Shown here: positions 25,246 to 37,561 of the stretch, in pieces | Numbering within the stretch: position 1 is the stretch's first letter | Layout: every line of letters begins with the position of its first letter | Assembly: GCF_001194135.2 (NCBI RefSeq) | Contig: NC_068982.1 | Span: 143,806,786 to 143,870,311 of the forward strand | Source: Octopus bimaculoides | Lineage: Eukaryota | Direction of reading: 5' to 3' | Length of the DNA stretch: 63,526 nt | Notes under the pieces: model-generated | Told to the model about the DNA's origin: nothing | Seen by the model: the letters and a program-made list of their open reading frames with translations, nothing else | Databases searched by the model: none | Position numbers and translations under genes: made by a program

Positions 25246-25924
25246 NNNNNNNNNNNNNNNNNNNNNNNNNNNNNNNNNNNNNNNNNNNNNNNNNNNNNNN
25301 NNNNNNNNNNNNNNNNNNNNNNNNNNNNNNNNNNNNNNNNNNNNNNNNNNNNNNNNNNNNNNNNNNNNNNNNNNNNNNNNNNNNNNNNNNNNNNNNNNNN
25401 NNNNNNNNNNNNNNNNNNNNNNNNNNNNNNNNNNNNNNNNNNNNNNNNNNNNNNNNNNNNNNNNNNNNNNNNNNNNNNNNNNNNNNNNNNNNNNNNNNNN
25501 NNNNNNNNNNNNNNNNNNNNNNNNNNNNNNNNNNNNNNNNNNNNNNNNNNNNNNNNNNNNNNNNNNNNNNNNNNNNNNNNNNNNNNNNNNNNNNNNNNNN
25601 NNNNNNNNNNNNNNNNNNNNNNNNNNNNNNNNNNNNNNNNNNNNNNNNNNNNNNNNNNNNNNNNNNNNNNNNNNNNNNNNNNNNNNNNNNNNNNNNNNNN
25701 NNNNNNNNNNNNNNNNNNNNNNNNNNNNNNNNNNNNNNNNNNNNNNNNNNNNNNNNNNNNNNNNNNNNNNNNNNNNNNNNNNNNNNNNNNNNNNNNNNNN
25801 NNNNNNNNNNNNNNNNNNNNNNNNNNNNNNNNNNNNNNNNNNNNNNNNNNNNNNNNNNNNNNNNNNNNNNNNNNNNNNNNNNNNNNNNNNNNNNNNNNNN
25901 NNNNNNNNNNNNNNNNNNNNNNNN

Positions 25925-25957
<33 letters not shown>

Positions 25958-26112
25958 CACAATAAAAATTTGAAAAACACAATTACCTTAATCAAAAAAA
26001 AAAATTCATAAGATTATAAAACTTGTTTATGACGATAATTTACATTCCAATGATAATATGAGACAAACTGAAATAAAACAAAAACTAAATAGTATTCTAT
26101 AGTGACATTTAG

Positions 26113-26174
<62 letters not shown>

Positions 26175-26329
26175 AAATCTGTAAAATGGCGTTCTTTCAC
26201 AAAAGGCAGATGCTTGTTTTGTGTGTTTATGAACAGCTTTGATAATGTTGAATAATCTGGTCGTTTAGTACGGTTGATGTTGAGAACGGTTTCAAAATAA
26301 TGCTCACACGCACGCACACATATATGTAT

Positions 26330-26566
26330 TCATTTATAACTGCATACTCACAGTCGGTGAATATGCACTGAAACAAGGGTGGATGCACGTGAGAACTATA
26401 CACACACACACACGCACGCACACACGCACACACACACACGCAAACACACACACACGCAAACACACATACACGCACACACATGCACACACACACACACACA
26501 CAAACACACATACACGCACACGCACATACATATGTACATGCCCACAAACATATCTATCTATCTATC

Positions 26567-26620
<54 letters not shown>

Positions 26621-26636
26621 TGTGTGTTTGTGTGAT
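26330..26636. repeat. CA-rich array followed by TG-rich array
   Basis: Direct reading. Confidence 0.95.
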
Positions 26637-26639
26637 GGA

Positions 26640-26830
26640 CTCTCTCGTTAAGATTGACTTATGAACATGTAGTTGTTCGATCAACTGAGTGGCCTCATTT
26701 AATTAGCTTGCAAAGTGGCTGAGTATTCCAAAAACGTGTGTATCTTTAATGTAATTCTCAACTGGAATAAATAACAGTTCCACAGTGTGACAAAGTTAGG
26801 CCTTTGAATAACGGTACAGCTTATCTCTTG
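26640..26830 (-). mobile_element. SINE family C body
   Basis: gcaaagtggctgagtattcc...cgtgtgtatctttaatgtaattctca...cacagtgtgacaaag is antisense to 4560-4720. Confidence 0.7.
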
Positions 26831-26839
26831 AGTTTCCAC

Positions 26840-26960
26840 ACAATTTTCTATAGCCAATTCACTAACATGGCTTAGCTCTACCCGAGGCTTTGGTAAAAGA
26901 CAATTACCCAAGACGTCATGCAATGAGATCAAACCCAGGACTTGTGGCAGTGAAACCAAA
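26840..26960 (-). mobile_element. SINE family B head, degenerate
   Basis: caattcactaacatggcttagctctacccgaggctttggtaaaagacaattacccaagacgtcatgcaatgagatcaaacccagga resembles 51550-51660. Confidence 0.6.
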
Positions 26961-27789
26961 TAAACATGGAACTCTCATCAGCCACGAAAACCCCAATCCG
27001 CGTATTTTCGCCACGTTTAAAGTCTAAAGACTTTAAGTTCAGTAATACCACTCTTCTGATTGTGTCAGTAATATGTTTTATATCACACGAATAAAACAAG
27101 ATTACAACGAACTTGGTAGAATATGAGATAAGCGAAAACGTGGCTTAAAAAACGCAGAAATCTGAAACAAAATAGCTTTAGAAGAATGTATAGAATTTAA
27201 ATAAATACGTCAAAGAAAGGAATAGAGGACAAACGTTTTGTGTTATAACTTTATCAAAGAGAAGAAAAAAAAGGAAAAGTGAAGTAAGAAAAAACGAAAA
27301 AGAAAAAACACCGCATTTACGACGTCTGTTTACATGGCAGGTTTAGTGTTAAAAAGAAGCATGTTGTATACTGATTTACATACGTATATGTACACTTAGA
27401 TTTTAAAATAATTTCAAGATTTACATTTAGAAATGCTCTTACCTCTTTTTAATGATTAAATTTATAAACTCTTATAACTTTATTTCATTATGTCAATGAT
27501 TTCGAGTATCTTCGCTTTCATCCCAGAATTAATTTTGCTGAAAGCGTAAAACACGAACTTGGCACAATATGTAAGCGTTATATAAGAAGATAAGTACCGG
27601 GGAAGGATAACAAGACTCCAGATGAAATTCAATGAGAGTCAGCTACTTACTTTGGCACGAAGGTTTTTGAGACTAGTAACTGGCGTTAACTTCCAGAAAT
27701 TCTTAACCTGATAGCAGCATTTCGTCCGTCTTTACCTTCTAAGTTCAAATTTCACCAGGGTCGACTACGCCTTTCTTCTATTGGTGGTT

Positions 27790-27975
27790 TTACTCGAAGG
27801 AGATATTTGCGAAGCGTTGTATTACTCTTGAATACTGTCCTGATATTATATGGGCCGCATATCTTTTGTACCTTAGGAATGAGAACCCAGGCTGGATGGG
27901 TATATCAGCCGAAACGTTGTGTTAACAACAAACAAGATGAGGACAAATATCCGTCAAACGTAAATAATGTAAATA
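27790..27975 (+). mobile_element. Penelope-like element terminal fragment
   Basis: ggctggatgggtatatcagccgaaacgttgtgttaacaacaaacaagatgaggacaaatatccgtcaaacgtaaataatgtaaataat: hairpin plus GAAACG typical of Penelope pLTR ends. Family identity is recalled, not searched. Confidence 0.6.
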
Positions 27976-27985
27976 ATGCCAATTC

Positions 27986-28450
27986 TTAAAGCTTTACAGG
28001 TTAACTCCTAACCCAAACACCTGTTCAGGTAAGTCGCCCGCAGAGCTAATGTTTGCTCAGAAGGTAAAATCAATTTTTGATTAATTGTTACCTACAAAAA
28101 AAAAAACGTATTGGGAAAACCCAAGAAACACAACAAAATATTTTAATGTGGAAGATAAAGTCCATTTCAAAATAGATAAGAATGGAAGACAAGGTTGGGA
28201 GGACGGTATACTGACGGAAAGAATAGGCAGTATGATATACATAATAAAAGGTCAAATAGCAGAGCACAAACGACATTTGAATCAGTTGAAGACTAGACAT
28301 ACCGAAGAAAGAGAAGAAATACCGATAGAAGTTTGTTATGACTTGTTCGATATTCAGACGCCAAAAGAGGCTGAACCTAGGCAGATCAACAATAGAAAAC
28401 GTAAACAAACAGGACGACTAGAAATAGTCCCTAAACTAAAGAAATATTAA
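27986..28450 (+). mobile_element. Ty3/Gypsy pol 3' end (integrase C-terminus), decayed
   Basis: FLKLYRLTPNPNTCSGKSPAELMFAQKVKSIFD*LLP...WEDGILTERIGSMIYIIK...KRHLNQLK matches the K02A2.6-like integrase tail (FL..YR.TP...SPAEL, KRH.NQL). Ends at TAA 28450. Confidence 0.9.
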
Positions 28451-28565
28451 AACTTTTGAGGAAATTAAAATTTCAAAAAAGAGAGAGGTGATAATGATAA
28501 AAAATAGAATTAAATTAGATAAACAAGTTGCACTTCCTACAGAAATCAAATCTCAAAAGGGGAAA

Positions 28566-28760
28566 TGTTATGACGAGAATCATGACAGCCCCTGTGAGAG
28601 TGGACTGGCCGAACTCGTATAAGTAGCAGCGTGTTTGACTGAGAGCGAAATCGCAGCAAATTGAAAGGTGTCGTTCGTGAGTTCGTGGAGTCGCAGGAAA
28701 TTGTTGAGAAGTTGTTATAGTTCGTTGAGAGTTGTTTTGGATTGGTTACAGTTGTTGGCG
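28566..28760 (+). mobile_element. Probable 3' LTR start of the Gypsy element
   Basis: Polypurine tract aaaaggggaaa immediately before TGTTATGA, TATA-like cgtataag downstream, interrupted by a SINE at 28762. Confidence 0.6.
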
Positions 28761-28761
28761 T

Positions 28762-28868
28762 GGAGGCGCAATGGCCTAGTGGTTAGGGCAGCGGACTCGC
28801 GGTCGTAGGATCACGTTTTCGATTCCCAGACCGGACGTTGTGAGTGTTTATTGAGCGAAAACACTATA
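28762..28868 (+). mobile_element. tRNA(Arg)-like SINE head (octopus OR-type by recollection)
   Basis: ggaggcgcaatggcctagtggttagggcagcggactcgcggtcgtaggatcacgttttcgattcccagaccgg: A and B boxes, then non-tRNA body; truncated by a gap. Confidence 0.75.
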
Positions 28869-29841
28869 NNNNNNNNNNNNNNNNNNNNNNNNNNNNNNNN
28901 NNNNNNNNNNNNNNNNNNNNNNNNNNNNNNNNNNNNNNNNNNNNNNNNNNNNNNNNNNNNNNNNNNNNNNNNNNNNNNNNNNNNNNNNNNNNNNNNNNNN
29001 NNNNNNNNNNNNNNNNNNNNNNNNNNNNNNNNNNNNNNNNNNNNNNNNNNNNNNNNNNNNNNNNNNNNNNNNNNNNNNNNNNNNNNNNNNNNNNNNNNNN
29101 NNNNNNNNNNNNNNNNNNNNNNNNNNNNNNNNNNNNNNNNNNNNNNNNNNNNNNNNNNNNNNNNNNNNNNNNNNNNNNNNNNNNNNNNNNNNNNNNNNNN
29201 NNNNNNNNNNNNNNNNNNNNNNNNNNNNNNNNNNNNNNNNNNNNNNNNNNNNNNNNNNNNNNNNNNNNNNNNNNNNNNNNNNNNNNNNNNNNNNNNNNNN
29301 NNNNNNNNNNNNNNNNNNNNNNNNNNNNNNNNNNNNNNNNNNNNNNNNNNNNNNNNNNNNNNNNNNNNNNNNNNNNNNNNNNNNNNNNNNNNNNNNNNNN
29401 NNNNNNNNNNNNNNNNNNNNNNNNNNNNNNNNNNNNNNNNNNNNNNNNNNNNNNNNNNNNNNNNNNNNNNNNNNNNNNNNNNNNNNNNNNNNNNNNNNNN
29501 NNNNNNNNNNNNNNNNNNNNNNNNNNNNNNNNNNNNNNNNNNNNNNNNNNNNNNNNNNNNNNNNNNNNNNNNNNNNNNNNNNNNNNNNNNNNNNNNNNNN
29601 NNNNNNNNNNNNNNNNNNNNNNNNNNNNNNNNNNNNNNNNNNNNNNNNNNNNNNNNNNNNNNNNNNNNNNNNNNNNNNNNNNNNNNNNNNNNNNNNNNNN
29701 NNNNNNNNNNNNNNNNNNNNNNNNNNNNNNNNNNNNNNNNNNNNNNNNNNNNNNNNNNNNNNNTATAAAATCCTAGGATGGAATTTATAACCGTTTGATG
29801 CATCGCTACGCGTATTAAATGTTCGTAAATTCCATCCTAGG

Positions 29842-29881
<40 letters not shown>

Positions 29882-30079
29882 TTATCCTACATTATATCGG
29901 TATAACTTGATGCAACCCCTAATAAATGGCTCATTAGTCAGCATAATTAGACGGTGGCTGGCATAATGGAATAGAAGCTTTATTTGCAAATTCAAAACGT
30001 TACCATAAAGACTGCCTCTTTTTTCTCAATAGACAATATCTGTAAACGCGTAGAGCAAGAAGTTTACTTCTCCGTTGCA

Positions 30080-30410
30080 TAGGTCCTTGGACAGGTGTCT
30101 CCTACTATATCCCCGGTTCGGCCAGGGCTCTGTGAGTGGATTTGGTAGACAATAACTGTAAACGTGTGAACATATATAGATGTAATCTGTATGTCCTTGT
30201 GTTTATCCCCCATCACTTCATGACAACCGGGGCTCGTTTATTTACCCCTCCGAAATTTAATGGTTCTGCAAAAGAGATGATAGAATACATACCAGACTTT
30301 AAAAAAGAAATAAATGGATTGCAGTGGATTCGTTGGGCCAAAAAGCCTACAAGCTTGTGCCCCAGCATGACCACAGTTCAATGACTGAAACAAGTAAAAG
30401 ATAAAAGAGC
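30080..30410 (+). mobile_element. SINE family B, 5'-truncated
   Basis: gtgagtggatttggtagac...tgccccagcatgaccacagttcaatgactgaaacaagtaaaagataaaag. Confidence 0.85.
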
Positions 30411-30948
30411 TTCGCGTGAGAGAATTAAAGCCTGATTCTTCGTGAGAACAAACAAAATTTCAAGTCAAATTAAAGAATTCAACACTTGTAGAATAGATAA
30501 AATTATTTTCTAAATATCGAGTGCGATTAATGTACAATTTTTTTCTTTTCTTCTCCAGTTTGTCAAGCATTAACAGAAAGTAATTGATAACGTAATTGAT
30601 AATTCTAATTCGTAAATACACCGAGTACTACGAAGAAGAAAGGGAAGCAATAAAAGCAACGAAGCAAGAAGAGTTAAAAAAGTTTGTAGAGAACGGTTAT
30701 ATGCTATTTTAGGTGGGAACTCACAAAAACTTAATTAAACGAAGTGTCGAAATTTTAAAAATATAAGAAGTATAATATATATAGATAAACATGCACTGTA
30801 TAAAATATACAGAATTGTGAAATTTGAATGTTTGCACATATTATTAACATCGTACTTATAAACTTTCATGTGGAATGATGATGAAAATAATGGGAACATT
30901 TGGATAAGTTCCAATGGTTAGTAGAAAAAAAGATGCATTATGATGGAC

Positions 30949-31524
30949 GGATCTTTTTTAAAACGGGGGCCACATTTTTCATTAACGAAACACTTTGAAA
31001 CTTGGAACACTGGTAGAATGTGTCATATAAAACATCTTTTTCTCTTAGTCTTCTTTAAAAAAAAAAGAAATCCATAAGTTATTCCATGTTAAAGTTGTCG
31101 TATTTCTGTAATTTCAACCAATCACTGACGTCCATTCAGCCGATATACATTAAGTGCCGACTACATAAACAAACGATTCTGAAACAATTAACCCTAACCC
31201 TAACCCTAAGGTTAGGGTTAGGGTTAGGGTTAAAGCAAATTTAAAATGAAAAAAGCAAATAAAACGAAGTTATGGAGATTAAATACGCTTTACATCGCTT
31301 AATCAGCCAAAGGAGTAAATGTAAACAACTGAATACTTGTCAGTGATTGGTTGAAATTATCGAAATAAGACAATTTTTTTACATGAAATAAATTCGAATA
31401 CAAAAATATTTTCCTGTTCTATAACACAAAATAGATAAGTATACGAAGTTTGAAAGTCTTTCCGTACCAAAAACACTACGTAAAACATTAATGAAAAATG
31501 TGGCCCCCGTTTTAAAATAGATCC
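30949..31524. mobile_element. Non-autonomous DNA transposon (576 bp), GG-terminal TIRs, 8-bp TSD; Merlin-like by end structure
   Basis: 37-bp TIRs (36/37), ggatcttttttaaaacgggggccacatttttcattaa / ttaatgaaaaatgtggcccccgttttaaaatagatcc; perfect TSD tgatggac at 30941-30948 and 31525-31532. Superfamily is inferred. Confidence 0.9.
31188..31233. repeat. Interstitial telomere-like palindrome (CCCTAA)3-gg-(TTAGGG)3
   Basis: ttaaccctaaccctaaccctaa gg ttagggttagggttagggttaa: perfect 22-bp arms with a 2-nt spacer. Confidence 0.95.
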
Positions 31525-32249
31525 TGATGGACAGTTTAAAACGTTAGTAAGTTCTCATGTAAATGTAGGTGTTACATGAACGGAAAATTAGTGGTGCTAT
31601 GCCGCTTCCACCTGAGAATTAATCTAAAGATACATATATCAGCTACATGTTAATTCAATGTACTTGGTAGTATAGTTAGTTGATCGAACAACTTAATGCT
31701 TATGGTCAAAAATTCTGACCGTGACATGTGTACACACGCAGGCACGCGCGTCATCCTCTAGTGGACAGCTATTACAAGGGAGGAGATAATAATTTCTTCA
31801 AAATATTTGGTGAGATTAGAAATTTGAATTTGATACTAAATGATTGTAAGGAAAACAATGCATAGAATTCAGTTTTCAGTTCCTTTTTTTTTCTTTTACT
31901 CATTTCGAATTTCATAAGATTTCTAGCCAGTTGCAATCATGTATAAAACCATTTCATTCTTCTTAAAAATCGTCAGTATGAGATATAGCCTGGGATATAT
32001 TAAACATTCTATGAAGCGAAGTGCTTCTTTTAGATGGAGCACACACACACACACACACAATAATTTGATGGACAATCTTTCGTGTTTTGCTTCGCTTCGT
32101 ATATGTATTCTGTGAATTATTCAGCTCTAAGGACCAACCAAATGAAATTCAGACTATAATACCAGTCTTCTTCACAACTTCCCTTTGGATATACACGAAT
32201 ACACATGAAGTTCTAAGACAGGTTATATGTTGTGCCATTTAAATCGCGC

Positions 32250-32281
<32 letters not shown>

Positions 32282-33790
32282 NNNNNNNNNNNNNNNNNNN
32301 NNNNNNNNNNNNNNNNNNNNNNNNNNNNNNNNNNNNNNNNNNNNNNNNNNNNNNNNNNNNNNNNNNNNNNNNNNNNNNNNNNNNNNNNNNNNNNNNNNNN
32401 NNNNNNNNNNNNNNNNNNNNNNNNNNNNNNNNNNNNNNNNNNNNNNNNNNNNNNNNNNNNNNNNNNNNNNNNNNNATATATATACATGCATACAAATATC
32501 TTTTCTTGTGCAGTCAACTCCTTATGCAATCGAGTTTCGGCAGAGTTTGAACTTAATACCGATGGGATTGGGGTACCGCAACACCTTTAGCACTTTATTG
32601 AGTGTGTTATGGATTGTGTATCCAACGTTGGTATTGTAATTGTTGTTCTTTCGCTTTTGGTCAGATCCGATCAAGCATATTTATGATCAAACACGTTTCA
32701 GTCTCGACCATATTCGACCATACCTTGTGATATTCAGGACTACTATGTCATTTCCTTTTAAGTTGGTAAAGATTGATTTTAAGAGAGATTTGTTTGCTAT
32801 TTTTAACAGGTTAAGCAAGTGGCAGTAGCTCCTTGTTTCAAGTGTATATGGTTGTTGTTGTCATTTAGTACCAAGTCAACATTGGGTAGATCGGTGATCA
32901 AAGGCGCTCCAGCTGTGACAATGCTTGTCTTTTTTTAAGCGTTAGAGATTTGAGACTTGAGTGCTATTTTTAGCGAATTGAGCGAACGCATAAAGGTTAT
33001 CTTAGCTCTTGAACCTAAATTTGACGTTATCGTTATTGCTGACTTCCAGAACAACACTCTACAAAGGTATTATATCTATGACCACCCTGTCCTCCTCCTG
33101 GGCACTACTATATGTTGTCTATATTAGTTTATATGTCTACAAAGAAGACACATTAGACAATATAGTTCTGGATAAACAAGACAATGACCCAACCGTAGAT
33201 GAAATGTCTTTCATCATAGGTCTTCTCAATCAGGGCTGACCTTGAGTTCAATAGTATGTGCTCGACAACTTACTAGTGTTTTCGACTGCTGGTATCCCTT
33301 AGAAGTTATTCCTTATATAAACCAACTAGAGAAAGTCAAGTTTTGTTTTGTGGTTTTAATGTTTTTGATTTTTATTGTTTTAATTCCTTAGGAAAAACTT
33401 TTTCAGTTTTGTAGAAAAATATAGGCAATGCAACTGATATTATTGATAGTACTGGGTAATATAGAAGATGGACAGGTGAACAAAGATGTGACTTGTAGTT
33501 GGTTAAAGTGGAGTCGAAGAGTTAAAAAGATCTGTAAGCTGATTAGTTATTGACAAGGAGATGGCTGTAATGTCGGATTATCACAACATTATTCATGATT
33601 TTATTTAAGTTTCGATCGATATATTATCTCTGAACCGTCTTCAGATAATATATTTTTTGTTGCAAAAAATGTGAGTGCTCGCAAAAATAATGCACCAAAA
33701 GAAGATACGGGAATACCCCTTTCAAAATTTAGTGAAGAAAGCACTCAAAAAGATAATTTGATAATCCGATTAAATAATACTATTCTCGTG

Positions 33791-33884
<94 letters not shown>

Positions 33885-33890
33885 ACACAC
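33791..33890. repeat. (CA)n microsatellite; similar long arrays at 34715-34827 and 58005-58099
   Basis: Direct reading. Confidence 0.97.
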
Positions 33891-34710
33891 AAACAAACAT
33901 TTCCATATCTGTTCGCTGTAAGTTGGATTTTGATTTTCTAAGAGAATTTTCTCTTGTTCTTTTACTCTGCTTGCATAGAACGAGGTTGAAATGTCCAAAA
34001 CTGAATTAAACTTTATTCTACGCTTAAAGAAGACAAAAATGAAACGTTTGGGTCTGAATTAGTAGAGTAAGTTCAAGGTTCTGTTGTTTAGAAATAGGTC
34101 GCTAAAGACAGTCGGTTCCTGGTACATATTTTGTGATAAGTCTTCTTATCTTAAGATTAGTTTCTTACCGCTGTTAAAGGCCACTAGGTTATCAGAAGTC
34201 TATTATAGAACGCACTAAAGCAATAACTGAAAAATCCTATAAAAATCAGAAATTTTAATCTTTTGTTAGATTTTTATTCTTAGGCAACGAGAAATCGACA
34301 GTATTTCCCTGCTGTGGACATCAGAGTTTAAAGTTCATTTTTGCTTCAGTTCACACATAGACATCAGAGAAATTGATGAAGTGAACTTTTTAGTTAATAT
34401 CTTCCTACCATCTGAAAGACGATCACCTTATCAGTTTGCTTATTGCCATAACTTTCTTTGCATTTTCTTTCTACTTGACCTGTGGCCAACAACATTAGCC
34501 TTCAGTATGTCAATATTATTTACTTGATTTTATAAACGAACTCGTTAAAAGAAAATAAATAGTTTTTTTTACTATCGTTTTTACATATAATTTCGCTAAC
34601 ATGTCAATGTTATGTTTATACTTGCCCTCGGTATTTTTTGTATAAAATTTCAAACTTTACTGAAATACTTTCAATACTCCAGTTTATCAGGAATATTTAT
34701 CCTTTAGATG

Positions 34711-34823
<113 letters not shown>

Positions 34824-36322
34824 CACATATGGAGGTAAATATCTAGTCTTAGTATTCTTTAGGGACATTTATAGATACTTCAAAAGCTATTTGTAGCAAT
34901 TTAACACTAGTTTAGTTCGGTTTCAGAATGATGTTTGGTAAGGAAATAAATAGACGAAATAAACTACATTTGAACTTGAATTTTATGTTATAGAAAAGTT
35001 TTACATTTAAATACATGATTTTATTTTTTTATCACATGATTTATTAATGAAATTCCACAGACTGACATACAATACATCAAGTTATATTGCTTATATGAAT
35101 CAAATTACGTTGCATTGTAAAGTAAATTGATTATAAAATATATTCAGTTTAAAATTTTTCCATAGAGTTGATTGTTTAAAAGTAGTTTTGTTACATGAAT
35201 CTCAATAAATAATATTATATGAGCAATTAATTACATCGCGCAAGAGTTATTTTAGTCATCTAAACACACGTAAAAGCTGTTAAATCCGCTTTGGTTTATT
35301 TCACTAATGTGATTTGGTCACTGATACAGTTCCTCTTCAAATCATCTTACTTGCAAGACAAGTGTAACTTTGAATTATATGAATCTTATGTAAAATTTTC
35401 AGTAGAGAATTTTTGAAGAGAAGGCGCCCAAATACTCTCTATCGAATTAGTGTTCATTGTTTCGAAGTTGGTTTTGAGAAACTTCGTGAAATTAGTGCCT
35501 AATATGAAAGTTGGATGTTACTGTGTAAACGATTATTGAGAATTGATCCGTATTAGCTGTATAGATAAGTTATTGGCTTCTTAGCTGAAGAAATCGTTAG
35601 TTCATAACTCGTCTCCTTCGATGTTTTGGACCTGACGCACTTGGTAATAGAGAATGAATAAGATCAGCCGTGGAAATAGCACGATAATGGGATATTAATA
35701 TTTTATGGAGCGTGCTCATATTTCATAAACTTTACATAGTAGAGTTTGATCTAATATATTTTGATTTAATTTGAAAACGAATTAAAACTGTATAATTTTA
35801 TGAAAAGTCAGGTAAAACATGGTCTGTACAAGTATCTAATTCATACAAGAAATATTTCTCAAACATTAGTTGACATTCAATTATGCTACATTGAAAATCA
35901 TTTAATTTTCAAATAGGAAAGTCAAAATAGAATTATATTAAGATTTTAACTGTCCCTTTTTCATGTTAGAAGGTGACGATGAATTATTTAGGCTTATAAA
36001 ATTGATGTTATATTGTTGAGCTAGTTGATATACTAATGGAAAATTTTCTTTGAAAGCTTGTAGTTCATTGAAATTTATAATTAATTTTCAGAGTTTGCGG
36101 CGCTACATACTTGCATGCCCCTTCTCTCTCTCTCCTTCACACATATTTACATACTGATGAAAATATACTCATACATACAAACTCTTGTAGAAATTATNNN
36201 NNNNNNNNNNNNNNNNNNNNNNNNNNNNNNNNNNNNNNNNNNNNNNNNNNNNNNNNNNNNNNNNNNNNNNNNNNNNNNNNNNNNNNNNNNNNNNNNNNNN
36301 NNNNNNNNNNNNNNNNNNNNNN

Positions 36323-36365
<43 letters not shown>

Positions 36366-36796
36366 TTATTTATTTATTCATTTATAGTGTGTGTGTGTGT
36401 GTGTTTCTACTTAATTTTGTATCTATGGACAAATCAAATTATAAAATAGGTGATCGTTTTGCGCAGTTCCTGTATTTCCGTGGGTGCTTATAGAACAGGG
36501 CCAACAAAAATTTGTAAATGGAGCCATAGTGATGTGAAATAATTTTTTTTTCAAAGAGAGTATTTGAAATTACGGGTGAGATGTCTGTATAACTAAACGT
36601 ACTGACATTCTGTCATTCATCCATGTAGACATTCGTCTTCAACATTCTATGAATTCCAACAAAAAGACGTTAGTCTCCTTGAAAGGTACCGAATGTTATT
36701 TTCTTCAAAGGAAACATCAAAGGAACCGTCAGTATGATATAATTATACATATACATAATTAAATATATGTATACACACAAACACACACGCTCTTTC

Positions 36797-36828
<32 letters not shown>

Positions 36829-36889
36829 AGAGAGAGGGGGAGGAAGAGGAGGAGGAGGAAGAGGAAAAGAAGAAGAAGAAAAGGAGGAG

Positions 36890-37030
36890 GAGGACTCAAT
36901 TCCAGTACTTGGTTGATACTTTATATTATTGAACCCGAAAGGATTAAAGTGCTCTGAACTAAAAGCATTGAAGCAGAACAAATACTGTAAGGCATTCTAG
37001 CTAATTCTTTAACGACTCTACTGCCTTATG
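36890..37030 (-). mobile_element. SINE family A, degenerate
   Basis: ccagtacttggttgatactttatattattgaacccgaaaggattaaagtgctctgaactaaaagc. Confidence 0.65.
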
Positions 37031-37096
37031 TCAGCTGTTATTCTTTTAATTATTGGACGGCTATCATGTAGGGACATCATCTTGAAGTGTTTAGCC

Positions 37097-37339
37097 CGGT
37101 GGTTATCAACAGGGTTCCATATGGCCCTTTGGGGGTCCATATAAGATTTTGTTGTTATAATTCATATGCAATAAATTTATCATACTTCTACATCACACTA
37201 ACTATTTTTTATACGATTTAATACTATCTAATCATAAAAACATAATAGTATTTCTAAACTTCGAATGGCTATGGGGGTCCATCCAAGTAAAATAGAAATC
37301 AAAGGGGTCCATAGACAAAAAAGAGGTTGAGAAACACTG
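37097..37339. mobile_element. hAT-Charlie-type MITE (243 bp)
   Basis: TIRs cggtggttatcaac / ggttgagaaacactg; 8-bp TSD gtttagcc / ggttagcc (7/8); internal ggggtccat motif three times. Confidence 0.85.
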
Positions 37340-37561
37340 GGTTAGCCGAACAAATCAACTCCTACTTTTTAAAGTTCTGTACCTATTGTATGGGACTGAA
37401 ACCGAAACCACGCGGTTGCAAAGCGCACTTATTAACTGTACAGGCGTGTCTGCGACCCTCCCCTTTTCTATGTGTATGTATAAAAAAACAGGGGGCAATG
37501 AGAGTGTGTCTCCGTGTATTTATGTTAAATCACGACGACAAACATAAATTATCAAGTAATA

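Noticed and set aside
28762-28840. tRNA-Arg gene; also tRNA-like heads at 1200, 4398 and 15629
   Set aside because: A and B boxes are present, but I see no full cloverleaf and each continues into a multi-copy SINE body.
31188-31233. Ancient telomere-telomere fusion site
   Set aside because: A fusion gives (TTAGGG)n(CCCTAA)n; this is the opposite order, only three units per side, and inside a TSD-flanked transposon.
35424-35455. Minus-strand NTNSIESIWA resembling the Merlin/IS1595 HTNxIExxW motif
   Set aside because: No other catalytic motifs or TIRs are visible nearby; an isolated short match.
37330-37561. SECIS element supporting selenocysteine at the TGA at 37925
   Set aside because: A GUGA..AAA pattern exists on the minus strand, but I see no paired upper stem or GA quartet partner.
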